From Pyrobaculum sp. (GTDB taxonomy: Archaea; Thermoproteota; Thermoprotei; Thermoproteales; Thermoproteaceae): DNA of 64,000 nucleotides. The notes under the pieces are model-generated. The model did not search any database, had not been told where the DNA came from, and saw only the letters and a program-made list of their open reading frames with translations. The stretch covers positions 23,431 to 87,430 of the forward strand of contig JBKBOT010000003.1 of NCBI GenBank assembly GCA_046293555.1, in the 5' to 3' direction. Both the position numbers and the translations under genes were made by a program. Positions 23,324 to 32,748 of this stretch are shown one piece after another; position 1 is the stretch's first letter; the number at the start of each line of letters is the position of its first letter.

Positions 23324-23746
23324 ATGGCGATGAGAGACTGGCGCCGCGGCTTGTTGGCATACATAGAAGCCGACGACGCCACCATAGAGGAGTTTAAAAA
23401 AGTCGTAGAGATATGTGGAGGCGAGTTCAAGCCAAAAAACATGCCATGTCTCACCTCTCTCGCCTCACGGCTGGAGGTAAAATCGGCGTCTTACCTTACC
23501 GACATTTACGGCATCTCTAACTCAATAGCCTTCTCTAGAGGCATCTCCCGCGCCGCGATTCTCGAAAAGGCGTGGGCTTTTCTAGAGGAGCTGTTTTGCA
23601 AAATGCCTATAGAATGCGACGAGGGGGTATCACTTAGCTGTTGTGAGAAATGTGGGTGGGCTTGCCTCCTGGCTAAGGTGGCCAGCAGCGACATTACGGT
23701 AGATCTGAGGGAGGCGATATACAGGAGGCTAACAGGCGGCGGCTAG
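23324..23746 (+). CDS. Cys-rich hypothetical protein
   Basis: ORF after a TTTAAA box; CCEKCGWAC cluster. Confidence 0.7.
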   Translation: MAMRDWRRGLLAYIEADDATIEEFKKVVEICGGEFKPKNMPCLTSLASRLEVKSASYLTDIYGISNSIAFSRGISRAAILEKAWAFLEELFCKMPIECDEGVSLSCCEKCGWACLLAKVASSDITVDLREAIYRRLTGGG

Positions 23747-25338
23747 CGCGACGCGAAGGTTAACACTTCCCTCCTGGCGGCACTTCTGGCTTGTCTTAGA
23801 AGCTCTTTGTATTGCTCTACCTCTCCCTCAATCTTGTCTAGCCTCTTTTCGACATATGTTATAAAGTAGCTTATGAGCAACCTAAGTGGGAGATATTGTG
23901 GCCCCCTGAAGTAGAATTTGTTCAAAATGTCTCTAGCCCAATAGATGGAATGTCTAGCCACTACTTTCAGCAGGTCTATATGTTCTGGATATAGGTTTAT
24001 CTTGTCTAGCCACCCGGCCTTCTCGCCTCTTATGTGGCTCATGGGCACATAAAACAGGGGCACTATGAGGCTTCTGTAGGGCCTCAGTCTTTCTATCAGC
24101 TCCACGGTCTCTACGACGTCTTCAGGAGTCTCGTTGGGGAGCCCCACGATAATTGTGATGGCCGGTATTAGCCTGACTTCGTGCATTATGGCCGCAGCCT
24201 CTATCACAACCTCGTGCCACTGCTCCATCCCGTAGGGGGCTGCCTTGCCTGGCATGATGTTTTTCGCCAAGCGTATAGACCCGGTCTCCAGCCCTATTTG
24301 GGCCCCCCACCAGTCTTGATGTTCGTCTAGAATTATTTCAGACAGTTTTGTAAATAGGCGGCCCATTTTCTTCTCGCCGTGGTAAATACCGACCAGGGTG
24401 GCGTGACTCCACGCCACCTTTCTATAATACCTCTTGGCTAGTCTATGTAACGCTATTAACTTCTCTGGGTTTGGCTCTACGGTATTGGAGCCGTAGAGCG
24501 GCACCTCGTCTGCATGTAGGAGGCCATCTCTCACGCCGGCCTCGGCGTTTACCTTAAGCTCCAGCTCTACCTTCTCTAGCGGGTACCACCTCATGGCTCT
24601 AAGGGTGACAGAACAGAACGAACAGCCCCTGGGGCAACCCCTGCCGATTTCCACCAGGCCGTTTACGCTTGGGTACCTTATGGCTGAAATTTCCGACACG
24701 TCTGGAGCCTCGTGGACGCCAACGTAAATATATCTCGGCAGCGGCTTTCCCCCCAGGGCGTTTTTCACCAAGTCTACAACAATTTTTTCCCCCTCGCCGT
24801 CAAAAATGGTGTCCACGCCCCACCTCTCCACCAGCTCCGGGAAGTAAAGCCACTGCCACGCCGCAGGTCCCCCCACGATTACCCTCAAGCCGTTTGTAGA
24901 CTTAGCCCTAGCTATCTCTGGCGCGATTCTCTCCATAAACCTCCTGAAAAACATGGCGTTCATGGGCTCTCTGCCCACAATAACGCCCCACGTGCTGCTA
25001 GGCGGGTTGAGGCCGAAATAATCGTGGTGGCTTAACATCAACACCTTTGCGCGTGGGAGAAACCTCCTCACGTGGTCTGGATCTATCACGGCCGCATTTA
25101 TGCCGGCATCTAACAGCTTGGCCTCTATCTTGCGCATACCATAGGGCGCCTCTTTAGGCCTCCCCCATTTGTCAACCTCTATTTTGGGCGCAAAGAGGAA
25201 GGAGTGGAACCGCTCAGAGAGGCCAAAAGGCAGCTCCACGAAGATAGGCCCCGTGGTGCCAAAACCCAGAAACTCTCTCCTATGGTAGTTAGACATCATC
25301 GACCTGTCTGTAGTTAAAATAACGTCGAAATGAGGCAT
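23743..25338 (-). CDS. B12-binding radical SAM protein, Grs/Gms-like tetraether lipid-modifying family
   Basis: CPRGCSFC (CxxxCxxC); N-terminal DVILTTDRSMMSNY and APYGMRKIEA; VIVGGPAAWQ; QIGLETGS; start taken at ATG 25338. Confidence 0.8.
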   Translation of the reverse strand: MPHFDVILTTDRSMMSNYHRREFLGFGTTGPIFVELPFGLSERFHSFLFAPKIEVDKWGRPKEAPYGMRKIEAKLLDAGINAAVIDPDHVRRFLPRAKVLMLSHHDYFGLNPPSSTWGVIVGREPMNAMFFRRFMERIAPEIARAKSTNGLRVIVGGPAAWQWLYFPELVERWGVDTIFDGEGEKIVVDLVKNALGGKPLPRYIYVGVHEAPDVSEISAIRYPSVNGLVEIGRGCPRGCSFCSVTLRAMRWYPLEKVELELKVNAEAGVRDGLLHADEVPLYGSNTVEPNPEKLIALHRLAKRYYRKVAWSHATLVGIYHGEKKMGRLFTKLSEIILDEHQDWWGAQIGLETGSIRLAKNIMPGKAAPYGMEQWHEVVIEAAAIMHEVRLIPAITIIVGLPNETPEDVVETVELIERLRPYRSLIVPLFYVPMSHIRGEKAGWLDKINLYPEHIDLLKVVARHSIYWARDILNKFYFRGPQYLPLRLLISYFITYVEKRLDKIEGEVEQYKELLRQARSAARREVLTFASR

Positions 25339-25384
25339 GACGTCTCCCCGTCTCAAGTATTAATACATTGACGGCATTTCCCCC

Positions 25385-25978
25385 GTGGAGTTTATCTTCC
25401 TAAGCGAGGTGGACAGTAAAACGGTGGAGGTGGTAAAAAACGCCATTTATGCGCTAGGGCCCCCTCCCATAGATATAGTCATACTTGGCGCCGACGTGAC
25501 AAGACTGGAGACAGAAGATGTCTTCATGTTGAAGGTCTCCCTCCCCGTAGACATATATAAAGTCATGAGGGAGGCGGCAGTAGCCCACGCTTTGACAGAC
25601 CCAGACCTCCTGGAGGTCTGGGCAGCTCCTCACGACGTGTGGTCAGACCCCCTGGCGTATGAGCTCTCGCAAGCCCTCTTGGCGCGAGTTGTTGACATGT
25701 TGGTTGCCAAGACCAGCCCAGAGCTCGTAGTGGAGAGAGCACGTGTGGAGGTGGTAGAAGGCGAGACTGTGGCGCAGACGCTAGTCAAGACTTTAGCCGT
25801 AGATGTCTCAATAAGCCTCGCGACGGCTGGCCGCATTGGCGACGCAGTCAGGCTGTTAAACAGGCTGGCGGGCCACCCCATCTATGAGACCTACAGGCGC
25901 CTCTGGGATTTCGCCATGGCGAACTTTAAGTTTCTGCCTATTTACAACTGGCTTAATCTACTAGCCCCTCCTCGGTGA
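25385..25978 (+). CDS. Hypothetical protein
   Basis: 197-aa ORF with typical codon use, divergent from the radical SAM gene. Confidence 0.72.
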   Translation: MEFIFLSEVDSKTVEVVKNAIYALGPPPIDIVILGADVTRLETEDVFMLKVSLPVDIYKVMREAAVAHALTDPDLLEVWAAPHDVWSDPLAYELSQALLARVVDMLVAKTSPELVVERARVEVVEGETVAQTLVKTLAVDVSISLATAGRIGDAVRLLNRLAGHPIYETYRRLWDFAMANFKFLPIYNWLNLLAPPR

Positions 25979-26954
25979 TTCTAAAGGACACCTCGCCCTC
26001 GGGGTGGTACGGGCTGTCGAAAATCTTGGCTATCCTGATGTTTTCTTTAGATTTTCTAAGCCACAGCCTATATGTGGCGCCGTGGGCTAAGATATTGCCG
26101 CCGGCAGGTCTCAGGGGGTTGCCAAAAAAGACGTCTGGCTGCGCCATCACCTGGTTTGTGATCACTACAGCCACGTCGTAGGCGTCGGCTAGACGTAAGA
26201 GATCTGCCACATGTTTGTTAAGCTTCTGTTGTCTTTCTGCAAGATTCTCGCGGCCGGGAAATTCCGACCTGAAGTGTGCTATGACTGAATCTACTACCAT
26301 CAACGCCACGTTGTGCTGTTTGATGATTGACTTTGCCTGTTCCACTAATATCATCTGGTGGTCTGAGCTGTAGGCCCGTGCGTAAAATATGTTGTTTAAC
26401 GCCTGGTCTGGATCTAGGCCTCTGGCTCTAGCTATCTGCATAATACGCTCTGGGCGGAAGGTGTTTTCCGTATCTATATATATGGCCTTGGCGCCTAGCC
26501 CACCCCGCTCTTCGGAGAGCTGCACCATGACCGCCAGCTGGTGGCATAACTGCGTCTTGCCGGAGCCAAACTCGCCCACTATTTCTGTAACAGCTCTAGT
26601 CTCCATGCCGCCGCCTAGAAGCTCGTCTAGAGTTCTAACACCTGTGGAGATACGTCTAATTTTTTTCCGCTTCTCATATACCTCAAGCGCCGAGATGAAC
26701 GAATGTAAGCCAAGCATTTTTCTCGCCATGTCTATTATCTGTTGCGCCCTCTCCTCGTTGCCTATAACTTCTGCCAGCTCTTTTACAGAGGCAAACGCCA
26801 CGTCTCTAATGGTGTAATACCCCCTCTCCTTTAGTTTTGCGCCAGTAACTCTCCCAACGCCTTCAAGCTCCTCCACGTCGAGCTCTGGGTTTACCTCTAC
26901 CGTGGCTTGCACCTGGACAGCCTCCGCCTCTGTCTTCTTCTTCTTACTAGACAC
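25953..26954 (-). CDS. radA: DNA repair and recombination protein RadA
   Basis: N-terminal Hh[37 protein letters not shown]. Confidence 0.97.
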   Translation of the reverse strand: MSSKKKKTEAEAVQVQATVEVNPELDVEELEGVGRVTGAKLKERGYYTIRDVAFASVKELAEVIGNEERAQQIIDMARKMLGLHSFISALEVYEKRKKIRRISTGVRTLDELLGGGMETRAVTEIVGEFGSGKTQLCHQLAVMVQLSEERGGLGAKAIYIDTENTFRPERIMQIARARGLDPDQALNNIFYARAYSSDHQMILVEQAKSIIKQHNVALMVVDSVIAHFRSEFPGRENLAERQQKLNKHVADLLRLADAYDVAVVITNQVMAQPDVFFGNPLRPAGGNILAHGATYRLWLRKSKENIRIAKIFDSPYHPEGEVSFRITEEGLVD

Positions 26955-26984
26955 AATTTTTAAATCGCTGTGGGTTTATATTCT

Positions 26985-27037
26985 TAATGACGAAAATTTA
27001 CCCTTCAGAGCCGTGAAGAAAGGGTCAGGGACAGATT
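26985..27037 (+). ncRNA. Probable C/D-box sRNA
   Basis: C ATGACGA (26987-26993), 12-nt guide, D' CAGA (27006-27009), C' GTGAAGA (27013-27019), 12-nt guide, D CAGA (27032-27035); TTTTAAA about 25 nt upstream. Confidence 0.68.
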
Positions 27038-27063
27038 GAAATTTTTAGACAGACTTACGTCTA

Positions 27064-27888
27064 GTGACGCTAAAAGACAGACTCCGGGGCTTGGTGCCAC
27101 GTGAGCTACTCGAAAAGGTGCCCACCTCCTTTGAGGTGGTGGGCTCTAGAGACGGCGCAGTGGCAATTGTGGAGATACCGCCAGAGCTGGAGGACTACAA
27201 ACAGCTGGTCGCCAAGGCCGTCATAGAGGCAAACAAACACGTTAAGGCCGTCTTGAGAAAGTTGGGGAGCCGTGTGGGGGAATATAGGCTATATAAATTC
27301 GAGATGTTGGTAGAAGGCCCCACGGAGGTGTTACATAAAGAACATGGTTACTACATAAAGGTAGACCCCACAAAGGTATACTTCTCTTCAAGAGATCTGA
27401 CAGATAGGCTAGACATAGCCCGGAGGGTGGCCGAGGGGGAGCGGGTGTTGTATCTATTCGCCGGCGTTGCGCCATACGCCGTGGCTATCGCCAAGTTCGC
27501 AAAGCCGCAGGTAATTGTGGCAGTAGAGCTAAACCCATGGGGGTTTAAATACGCCGTGGAGAACATGAAGATAAACAGGATAAAAAACGTCGCGGTGGTT
27601 CACGGCGATGTGGCATACGTCGCGCCGCTGCTAAAAAAGAGGTTCGATAGAGTACTTCTAACCCTGCCGCTAGGCGCACACAGGTTTCTACCCACGGCAC
27701 TGGAGTGTCTAGAAAGAGGCGGGGTTATCCACTTCTACCACCTGGGCAGAGAGGAGGACCCCTTTAGAGAGGCCGAGGGGTTGGCGAGAAGCCTCTGTCC
27801 AGACTGTAAGGCAGTCGACAGGAAGGTTGTGAGAGATTACGCCCCCGGGGTTTACAAAATAAGGGTGGATATCTACAAGCCGCCTTAG
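27064..27888 (+). CDS. Trm5/Taw2 (Met-10+)-family tRNA methyltransferase
   Basis: SFEVVG, HKEHG, KVYFSSR, LFAGVAPY, VELNP, VRDYAPG. Confidence 0.87.
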   Translation: MTLKDRLRGLVPRELLEKVPTSFEVVGSRDGAVAIVEIPPELEDYKQLVAKAVIEANKHVKAVLRKLGSRVGEYRLYKFEMLVEGPTEVLHKEHGYYIKVDPTKVYFSSRDLTDRLDIARRVAEGERVLYLFAGVAPYAVAIAKFAKPQVIVAVELNPWGFKYAVENMKINRIKNVAVVHGDVAYVAPLLKKRFDRVLLTLPLGAHRFLPTALECLERGGVIHFYHLGREEDPFREAEGLARSLCPDCKAVDRKVVRDYAPGVYKIRVDIYKPP

Positions 27889-28349
27889 AAAAACCTCGGC
27901 GTGCCGCCCTCTTCGCCCCTCCTACGTCCAGGGGTGGGTGGCCTCTGTTGGATATAGAGCATTAGTACCGACGGCACCTTTCCCTCTCTGGCAAATTTTG
28001 TCAACAAGTCTCTATATTCTGATGTATGTGTGATATCAACCTGGATGAACTTTATGGCGATTTCTCTCAACATGCCTTCAAGTCTTCTCAACATATCTTC
28101 AGGCATCACAGAGGTTATCACCGGGTTGTTTAGCCAAGACTCGAAATCTTTTAACACCCTCGCGATGTAGCTCAACATGGCTTGGGCTGAGTATAGCAAC
28201 ATGAGCCTATCGGCGGTTTTTATCGCCTCGCTGTGAGCCTCCAGCTCTCTTACTTGTTTCTCCTGTTCTTTCACCCACTGAGAAAGACGTTCCATCATCG
28301 ACTCTATGTATTCCAACACCATCTCCGTCGTAGGGGTTTCATGAGTCAT
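27885..28349 (-). CDS. DUF2153 family protein
   Basis: ADRLMLL...KDFESWLNNPVI...MP...DITHTS. Confidence 0.8.
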   Translation of the reverse strand: MTHETPTTEMVLEYIESMMERLSQWVKEQEKQVRELEAHSEAIKTADRLMLLYSAQAMLSYIARVLKDFESWLNNPVITSVMPEDMLRRLEGMLREIAIKFIQVDITHTSEYRDLLTKFAREGKVPSVLMLYIQQRPPTPGRRRGEEGGTPRFF

Positions 28350-28380
28350 GCTATCTAATCTCCACATCTGTATATAAACC

Positions 28381-29976
28381 TTATGCCAATAGCGCAATTA
28401 TGGCGATAGGCATCACGAAGATGGCAGAGATCACCACGAGTCCTATCCTTCTGTACATCTCTGCAGCGTATTGAAGCTTCCTAAACCCCTCTTCACCCAA
28501 TACCTCCGCCTCTATTTCCACACGTCGGTATGCCACCAGCAGTTGACCTAACTCTCTCTCTGCACTCCCCACAGCTTTCTCCACTACTTCTAGTATACGG
28601 CTGTGTTCTATCCTCTCCCCCACTATCCTATACCCCCGCCCAAATCCCACCCCAGTGGCCCTGTGGGTGTCTGTAGTGACTATCTCCACAACATCGTATC
28701 CACGCCGTCTGTATGTAGCCACAATCTTGTCGTAAAGCCCCGAGTGTAGGTTATTGCCGTCAAGCACCACAAGGAGGCCCCTCCTGTCGTCACATTGTAC
28801 CACAATTGCCGAAATTCCAGCCGGCCCGATCTCGTGTCCCAGTGGGTCCAGGCTTGCGGCATCGCTCTTGCCCACCCCGACGAGATACTTGCCACAGAGA
28901 GGCGCCTCGTGTAGTCTTTTCAACACCTCTGCCAAACTGGCCACATCTCTCTCGTCCCACTTCACAACGCCGTCGAACTTGTTTTGAGCGTCTGCCATTA
29001 TGTATACGCCGGGGTCAACCCTTTGGGCAACCCAAAGCGGGATGTCGTCAGAGGCTGACTTCACCCTCCCCACCACGGCGAGGTGGGGCTCTACGCCTAG
29101 ACTCATCCCAACGGCCTTCACATCGCCGGCCACAACTTCTGTCGGCATGACGCCTCTTGGAGGCGCCCCCGGGGGCATGGAGCTGAGGGCAGATCTCACC
29201 GCCCTTATTATCTCAGAGACAGATCTCTTAGATATGGGGTCTCTCTCGTGGCTGCCAACGCCGTGTATAAAAGTAAAGCGGTACCCCATACCCTCCACCT
29301 CCTTGTTGAGCCGGTCTACCAACATGCCTCCCCCAATATGCCTAAAGGGGCCCGGGTGGAAGTCTGATACCAACACCACGTGCCGCCCGCCGAGGAGATA
29401 TATGTGGAGTGGCACTCTCTCTACCCCACCCAGCTGTCTGAAGGCGTCTTCCATGAGGTCGTTTTCTGCAAAGACTGCGTAGAGAAAACTAGAGAATATA
29501 CACATGGCGTCGAGACCCCCCGCCATTTTGTTCACCACAGGCCTAAGCCCGTAGATCACCACGGCGTAAAAAAACGACGCGGCTGCAAGATATAGATGCC
29601 CCATTAGGTGATAAAACAGGGCCGCGGCCGCCAGGGGGAGTAAAAACGCTGGAGATCTACACTTCAGGGTCTGTACCACTATTGCGGTAACAACGGCGCC
29701 TATTAGGGCGAAGGTGAGAGGAGGTTTTCTAAAAACCAGGTCGAAAAAAGCTACTAACAACGTGGAGATAGCCGCCACGTAGTAAGACCTACGTGGGTTC
29801 ACTACCGACCTATCTACTACATACAACGCCACAAAGAGCGCGGCGCCGAAGGCGATATAGCACAAAGGCGCGCCCGTCAGGACTGCCGCCACTCCCAACA
29901 GGAATGTCGCCAACCCCGCGACCTTTTTTGGGGACTTGCCAAAAATGAGGGAGTAGCCCCTTTCGAAATTCCTCAT
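28381..29976 (-). CDS. DUF2070 family membrane protein
   Basis: N-terminal TM helices; HPGPF, DAQN, DGNN, TTDTH motifs. Confidence 0.85.
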   Translation of the reverse strand: MRNFERGYSLIFGKSPKKVAGLATFLLGVAAVLTGAPLCYIAFGAALFVALYVVDRSVVNPRRSYYVAAISTLLVAFFDLVFRKPPLTFALIGAVVTAIVVQTLKCRSPAFLLPLAAAALFYHLMGHLYLAAASFFYAVVIYGLRPVVNKMAGGLDAMCIFSSFLYAVFAENDLMEDAFRQLGGVERVPLHIYLLGGRHVVLVSDFHPGPFRHIGGGMLVDRLNKEVEGMGYRFTFIHGVGSHERDPISKRSVSEIIRAVRSALSSMPPGAPPRGVMPTEVVAGDVKAVGMSLGVEPHLAVVGRVKSASDDIPLWVAQRVDPGVYIMADAQNKFDGVVKWDERDVASLAEVLKRLHEAPLCGKYLVGVGKSDAASLDPLGHEIGPAGISAIVVQCDDRRGLLVVLDGNNLHSGLYDKIVATYRRRGYDVVEIVTTDTHRATGVGFGRGYRIVGERIEHSRILEVVEKAVGSAERELGQLLVAYRRVEIEAEVLGEEGFRKLQYAAEMYRRIGLVVISAIFVMPIAIIALLA

Positions 29977-30860
29977 AGAGACTCGATGTAATTCCTAATG
30001 AGGCTTGAGTACCTCTGCGTGGTTATACTCATCTGTAGGTACCTATTGACTTTAGGCATCTTGTAGAGATACACCTCTTCCTCCATGGTGTTCACCACGG
30101 CGTATCCAACCTCAGAAATATCCCACCTGTTTTTTATCCTGTTAGACACGCCGTAGTGAAAGTCTTGGCCCAAGTAGGGGTGGAGCAGAAGTACGTAGTC
30201 TAGGCCATATAGCAGGAGGTTTTTCGCCTTGGAGAAGCCAAGGTGGTACGTCCTGCTTATATCTACATAGCCAAAGCCGGTAAGTCTGCCATCTGTAGAC
30301 TTAAGCAATATGTCTATCTTGTCCACATATCTGTTTGCAAGTTGTGGCACATAGGGCACGCCGCGTATCACCTTTGTAACCCTCCTCCCTAGAAACACCG
30401 GCGCCTTCTCCATAAATTGCGACAAGGTGTCCACCACCTCCCCCTCGCCCGCAATCCCCCTCACGCTGAGGATATAGAACTTCTTTATCTCGTAGTCCTC
30501 CTCAGCCAGCTCGGGGAGGGGCAAGTTCTCCAGTATCTCTTCTGAAAGCAAGGTGTGGGGCAGATAATAGGCCACATCTATCTTTTCCACCACCTTGTTT
30601 TCCCTCATGACTTCAAGCTGTCTGCATATAGACTCCTCCCAAATGCAGTCCACCACGACGCTGCCAGATAGGAACATGTAGACCGGGTTTTTTGTGTTAA
30701 GCCAGTTAAGCCGTATCTTCTGTAACAACAACATCTGTTCCGCAGTTAGGCTTATTAACGCCTTTTTTATCTTGTCTATACCGTAGTTGTCTAGGCCGTA
30801 TTCGTACTCCCTCTGGTGGTCTACAGCAGTGCAGCCATGCCTATAGCAGCGAAAAGCCAC
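29973..30860 (-). CDS. Hypothetical protein with a possible degenerate PD-(D/E)xK C-terminal domain
   Basis: 295-aa ORF overlapping the DUF2070 start; IDILL...TGFGYV...GFSKA...YGLDYVLLLHP. Confidence 0.7.
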   Translation of the reverse strand: MAFRCYRHGCTAVDHQREYEYGLDNYGIDKIKKALISLTAEQMLLLQKIRLNWLNTKNPVYMFLSGSVVVDCIWEESICRQLEVMRENKVVEKIDVAYYLPHTLLSEEILENLPLPELAEEDYEIKKFYILSVRGIAGEGEVVDTLSQFMEKAPVFLGRRVTKVIRGVPYVPQLANRYVDKIDILLKSTDGRLTGFGYVDISRTYHLGFSKAKNLLLYGLDYVLLLHPYLGQDFHYGVSNRIKNRWDISEVGYAVVNTMEEEVYLYKMPKVNRYLQMSITTQRYSSLIRNYIESL

Positions 30861-30884
30861 ATGTCCTATAACGATATAAAAAAT

Positions 30885-31454
30885 TTACTGCCGCCCAAAA
30901 AACGCGGCTAGATCTTCCTCAAACTGACGGCGTAATGTAGGATTTCTAAGTAATGCGGCTGGGTGATAGGTGACACAGATCTCCACATTAACTCCAGCCA
31001 ACTGTCCTCTGAAACATCTCCCTCTAACGTCGCCAATTTTTTCCACCTGTCTCCCCAAGAGCCCCAGTAGAGCTCTACTGCTAGTAAGCCCCAGCGCAAT
31101 TATCCTGTGGGGCTTCAGTATAGATATCTGTCTAAGTAGATATGGCATACACGTCGTAACCTCCCTGCTGGTAGGAGCTCGGTTGTCTGGAGGCCTGCAC
31201 TTAACCACGTTAGTTATATAAACATCCCGGCGGGCAACCCCGAGGTTGGCCAAAACTGTGTCCAATATCTGGCCCGCAGCGCCGACAAAAGGCCTCCCCT
31301 CCTCGTCCTCTTTAGCGCCGGGGGCCTCGCCGACAATCATCACGCCCAAGACGCCGCTGCCCTCGCCCGGGACGGCGTTTTTCCTGGCCTTATATAAGTC
31401 ACATTTCTTACAGTTTTTAACCTCGGCCTCCAGTCTCTCAAGCCCTTGAGACAT
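30885..31454 (-). CDS. udg: Family 4 uracil-DNA glycosylase (4Fe-4S)
   Basis: CKKCDL, GEAPG, PFVGAAG, TNVVKCRPP, TYHPAALL. Confidence 0.94.
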   Translation of the reverse strand: MSQGLERLEAEVKNCKKCDLYKARKNAVPGEGSGVLGVMIVGEAPGAKEDEEGRPFVGAAGQILDTVLANLGVARRDVYITNVVKCRPPDNRAPTSREVTTCMPYLLRQISILKPHRIIALGLTSSRALLGLLGRQVEKIGDVRGRCFRGQLAGVNVEICVTYHPAALLRNPTLRRQFEEDLAAFFGRQ

Positions 31455-31458
31455 TGGC

Positions 31459-32724
31459 TTACTGTAGCTCTCTTCCAGCCGTCTCCGGGAGGAGAAAATA
31501 TGCGGTGGCTAAGGCGAAGAACGCCACGGCGTAGGTATAAAACACCACGCCGGCCAGCGGGTTGCCTAACGCCATCCCTATATACTGGACTATAGAGGTA
31601 GTAAAGCCCCCGAAGAGGCCTATACCTATATTAAACGACACCGCCATCCCGGTATATCTCACAGGTGTGGGAAATAGCTCTGCCATGGTTGTGCTCAACA
31701 CACTAAAGGTAAAGGCCGTGGCTAGAATCAAGAGGAACACCGCAGCGGTAATTAATGACAGATCTTTAGTCACAGTAAGCCAGGAGTATATGGGGTAGTA
31801 AGTCAACAGCCCCATGACCAGACCGGCTAGATAGACAGGCCTCCTCCCAATTCTGTCAGCCAGATATGCGTTTAAGACATAGAATGGGAATTGTAACATC
31901 GCAGCTATTCCCACCGCCGCGTTTGTGGCCACTGCGTCTAACTTAACCACTTGTGTTAAAAATGGAAATATGTAGCCAGTAGAGGTATAGGCTAGTACCG
32001 AGTGGCCTGCGGTAATTGCCACCCCCAGTAGGATATATCTAGGGTATTTCGTAAAGGCCTCCAGAAGGGGCAGCCTGGAGATCTTGCCGCTATCTCGCAA
32101 GCTTTCAAACATGGGCGTCTCCGCCAATTTAAGACGTAGGTAAAGCCCTAGGACTGTAAGCACTATAGATATCAAGAAGGGCGTCCTCCACCCCCAGTCC
32201 CCAAAAACGGCTCTTGGCATGAAATACGACGTGAAAACTATTGTGAGCGAAGATAAGGCAAGCCCCAGAGGCGGCGTGGCCGCTATAAAGCCTACATAAA
32301 AGGCCCGGCGCCCCGGGGGGGCGTGTTCTAACACATATGTCACAGCCCCTCCGAACTCCCCCCCGAGGGAAACCCCTTGTAGCATTCTGAAAATAGTTAA
32401 TAACAACGGCGCCGTCACTCCTATCTCGCTGTACGTAGGGATAAGCCCTATGGCAAAAGTGGAAAGACCCATTAACACTAATGTGGCTAGGAAAGTGGCC
32501 TTACGTCCCACCCTGTCTCCCAGATGTCCAAACAACGCAGCTCCCAAAGGCCTAACCACAAAACCTGTGGCAAATACAAGCCATGTGTACAACATGCCGG
32601 CAGCCGGGTCGTGTTGAGGGAAAAACTTAGCGGCTATATAGGGAGATACAGACGCGTAAATAAAAAAGTCATACCACTCAATTAACGTCCCCACTGTAGA
32701 GGCAGCAACAAGAAACCTTGACAT
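31459..32724 (-). CDS. MFS transporter, metabolite:H+ symporter family
   Basis: GTLIEWYDF, FGHLGDRVGRK, QGVSLGGEFGG, WGWRTPF, AELFPTPVRY; real start ATG 32724. Confidence 0.92.
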   Translation of the reverse strand: MSRFLVAASTVGTLIEWYDFFIYASVSPYIAAKFFPQHDPAAGMLYTWLVFATGFVVRPLGAALFGHLGDRVGRKATFLATLVLMGLSTFAIGLIPTYSEIGVTAPLLLTIFRMLQGVSLGGEFGGAVTYVLEHAPPGRRAFYVGFIAATPPLGLALSSLTIVFTSYFMPRAVFGDWGWRTPFLISIVLTVLGLYLRLKLAETPMFESLRDSGKISRLPLLEAFTKYPRYILLGVAITAGHSVLAYTSTGYIFPFLTQVVKLDAVATNAAVGIAAMLQFPFYVLNAYLADRIGRRPVYLAGLVMGLLTYYPIYSWLTVTKDLSLITAAVFLLILATAFTFSVLSTTMAELFPTPVRYTGMAVSFNIGIGLFGGFTTSIVQYIGMALGNPLAGVVFYTYAVAFFALATAYFLLPETAGRELQ

Positions 32725-32748
32725 AAGGAGGAAACTGCTTAATATATA

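Noticed and set aside
13655-26954. Inteins in rpoA1, rpoB, atpA or radA
   Set aside because: Protein lengths are normal and conserved motifs are contiguous.
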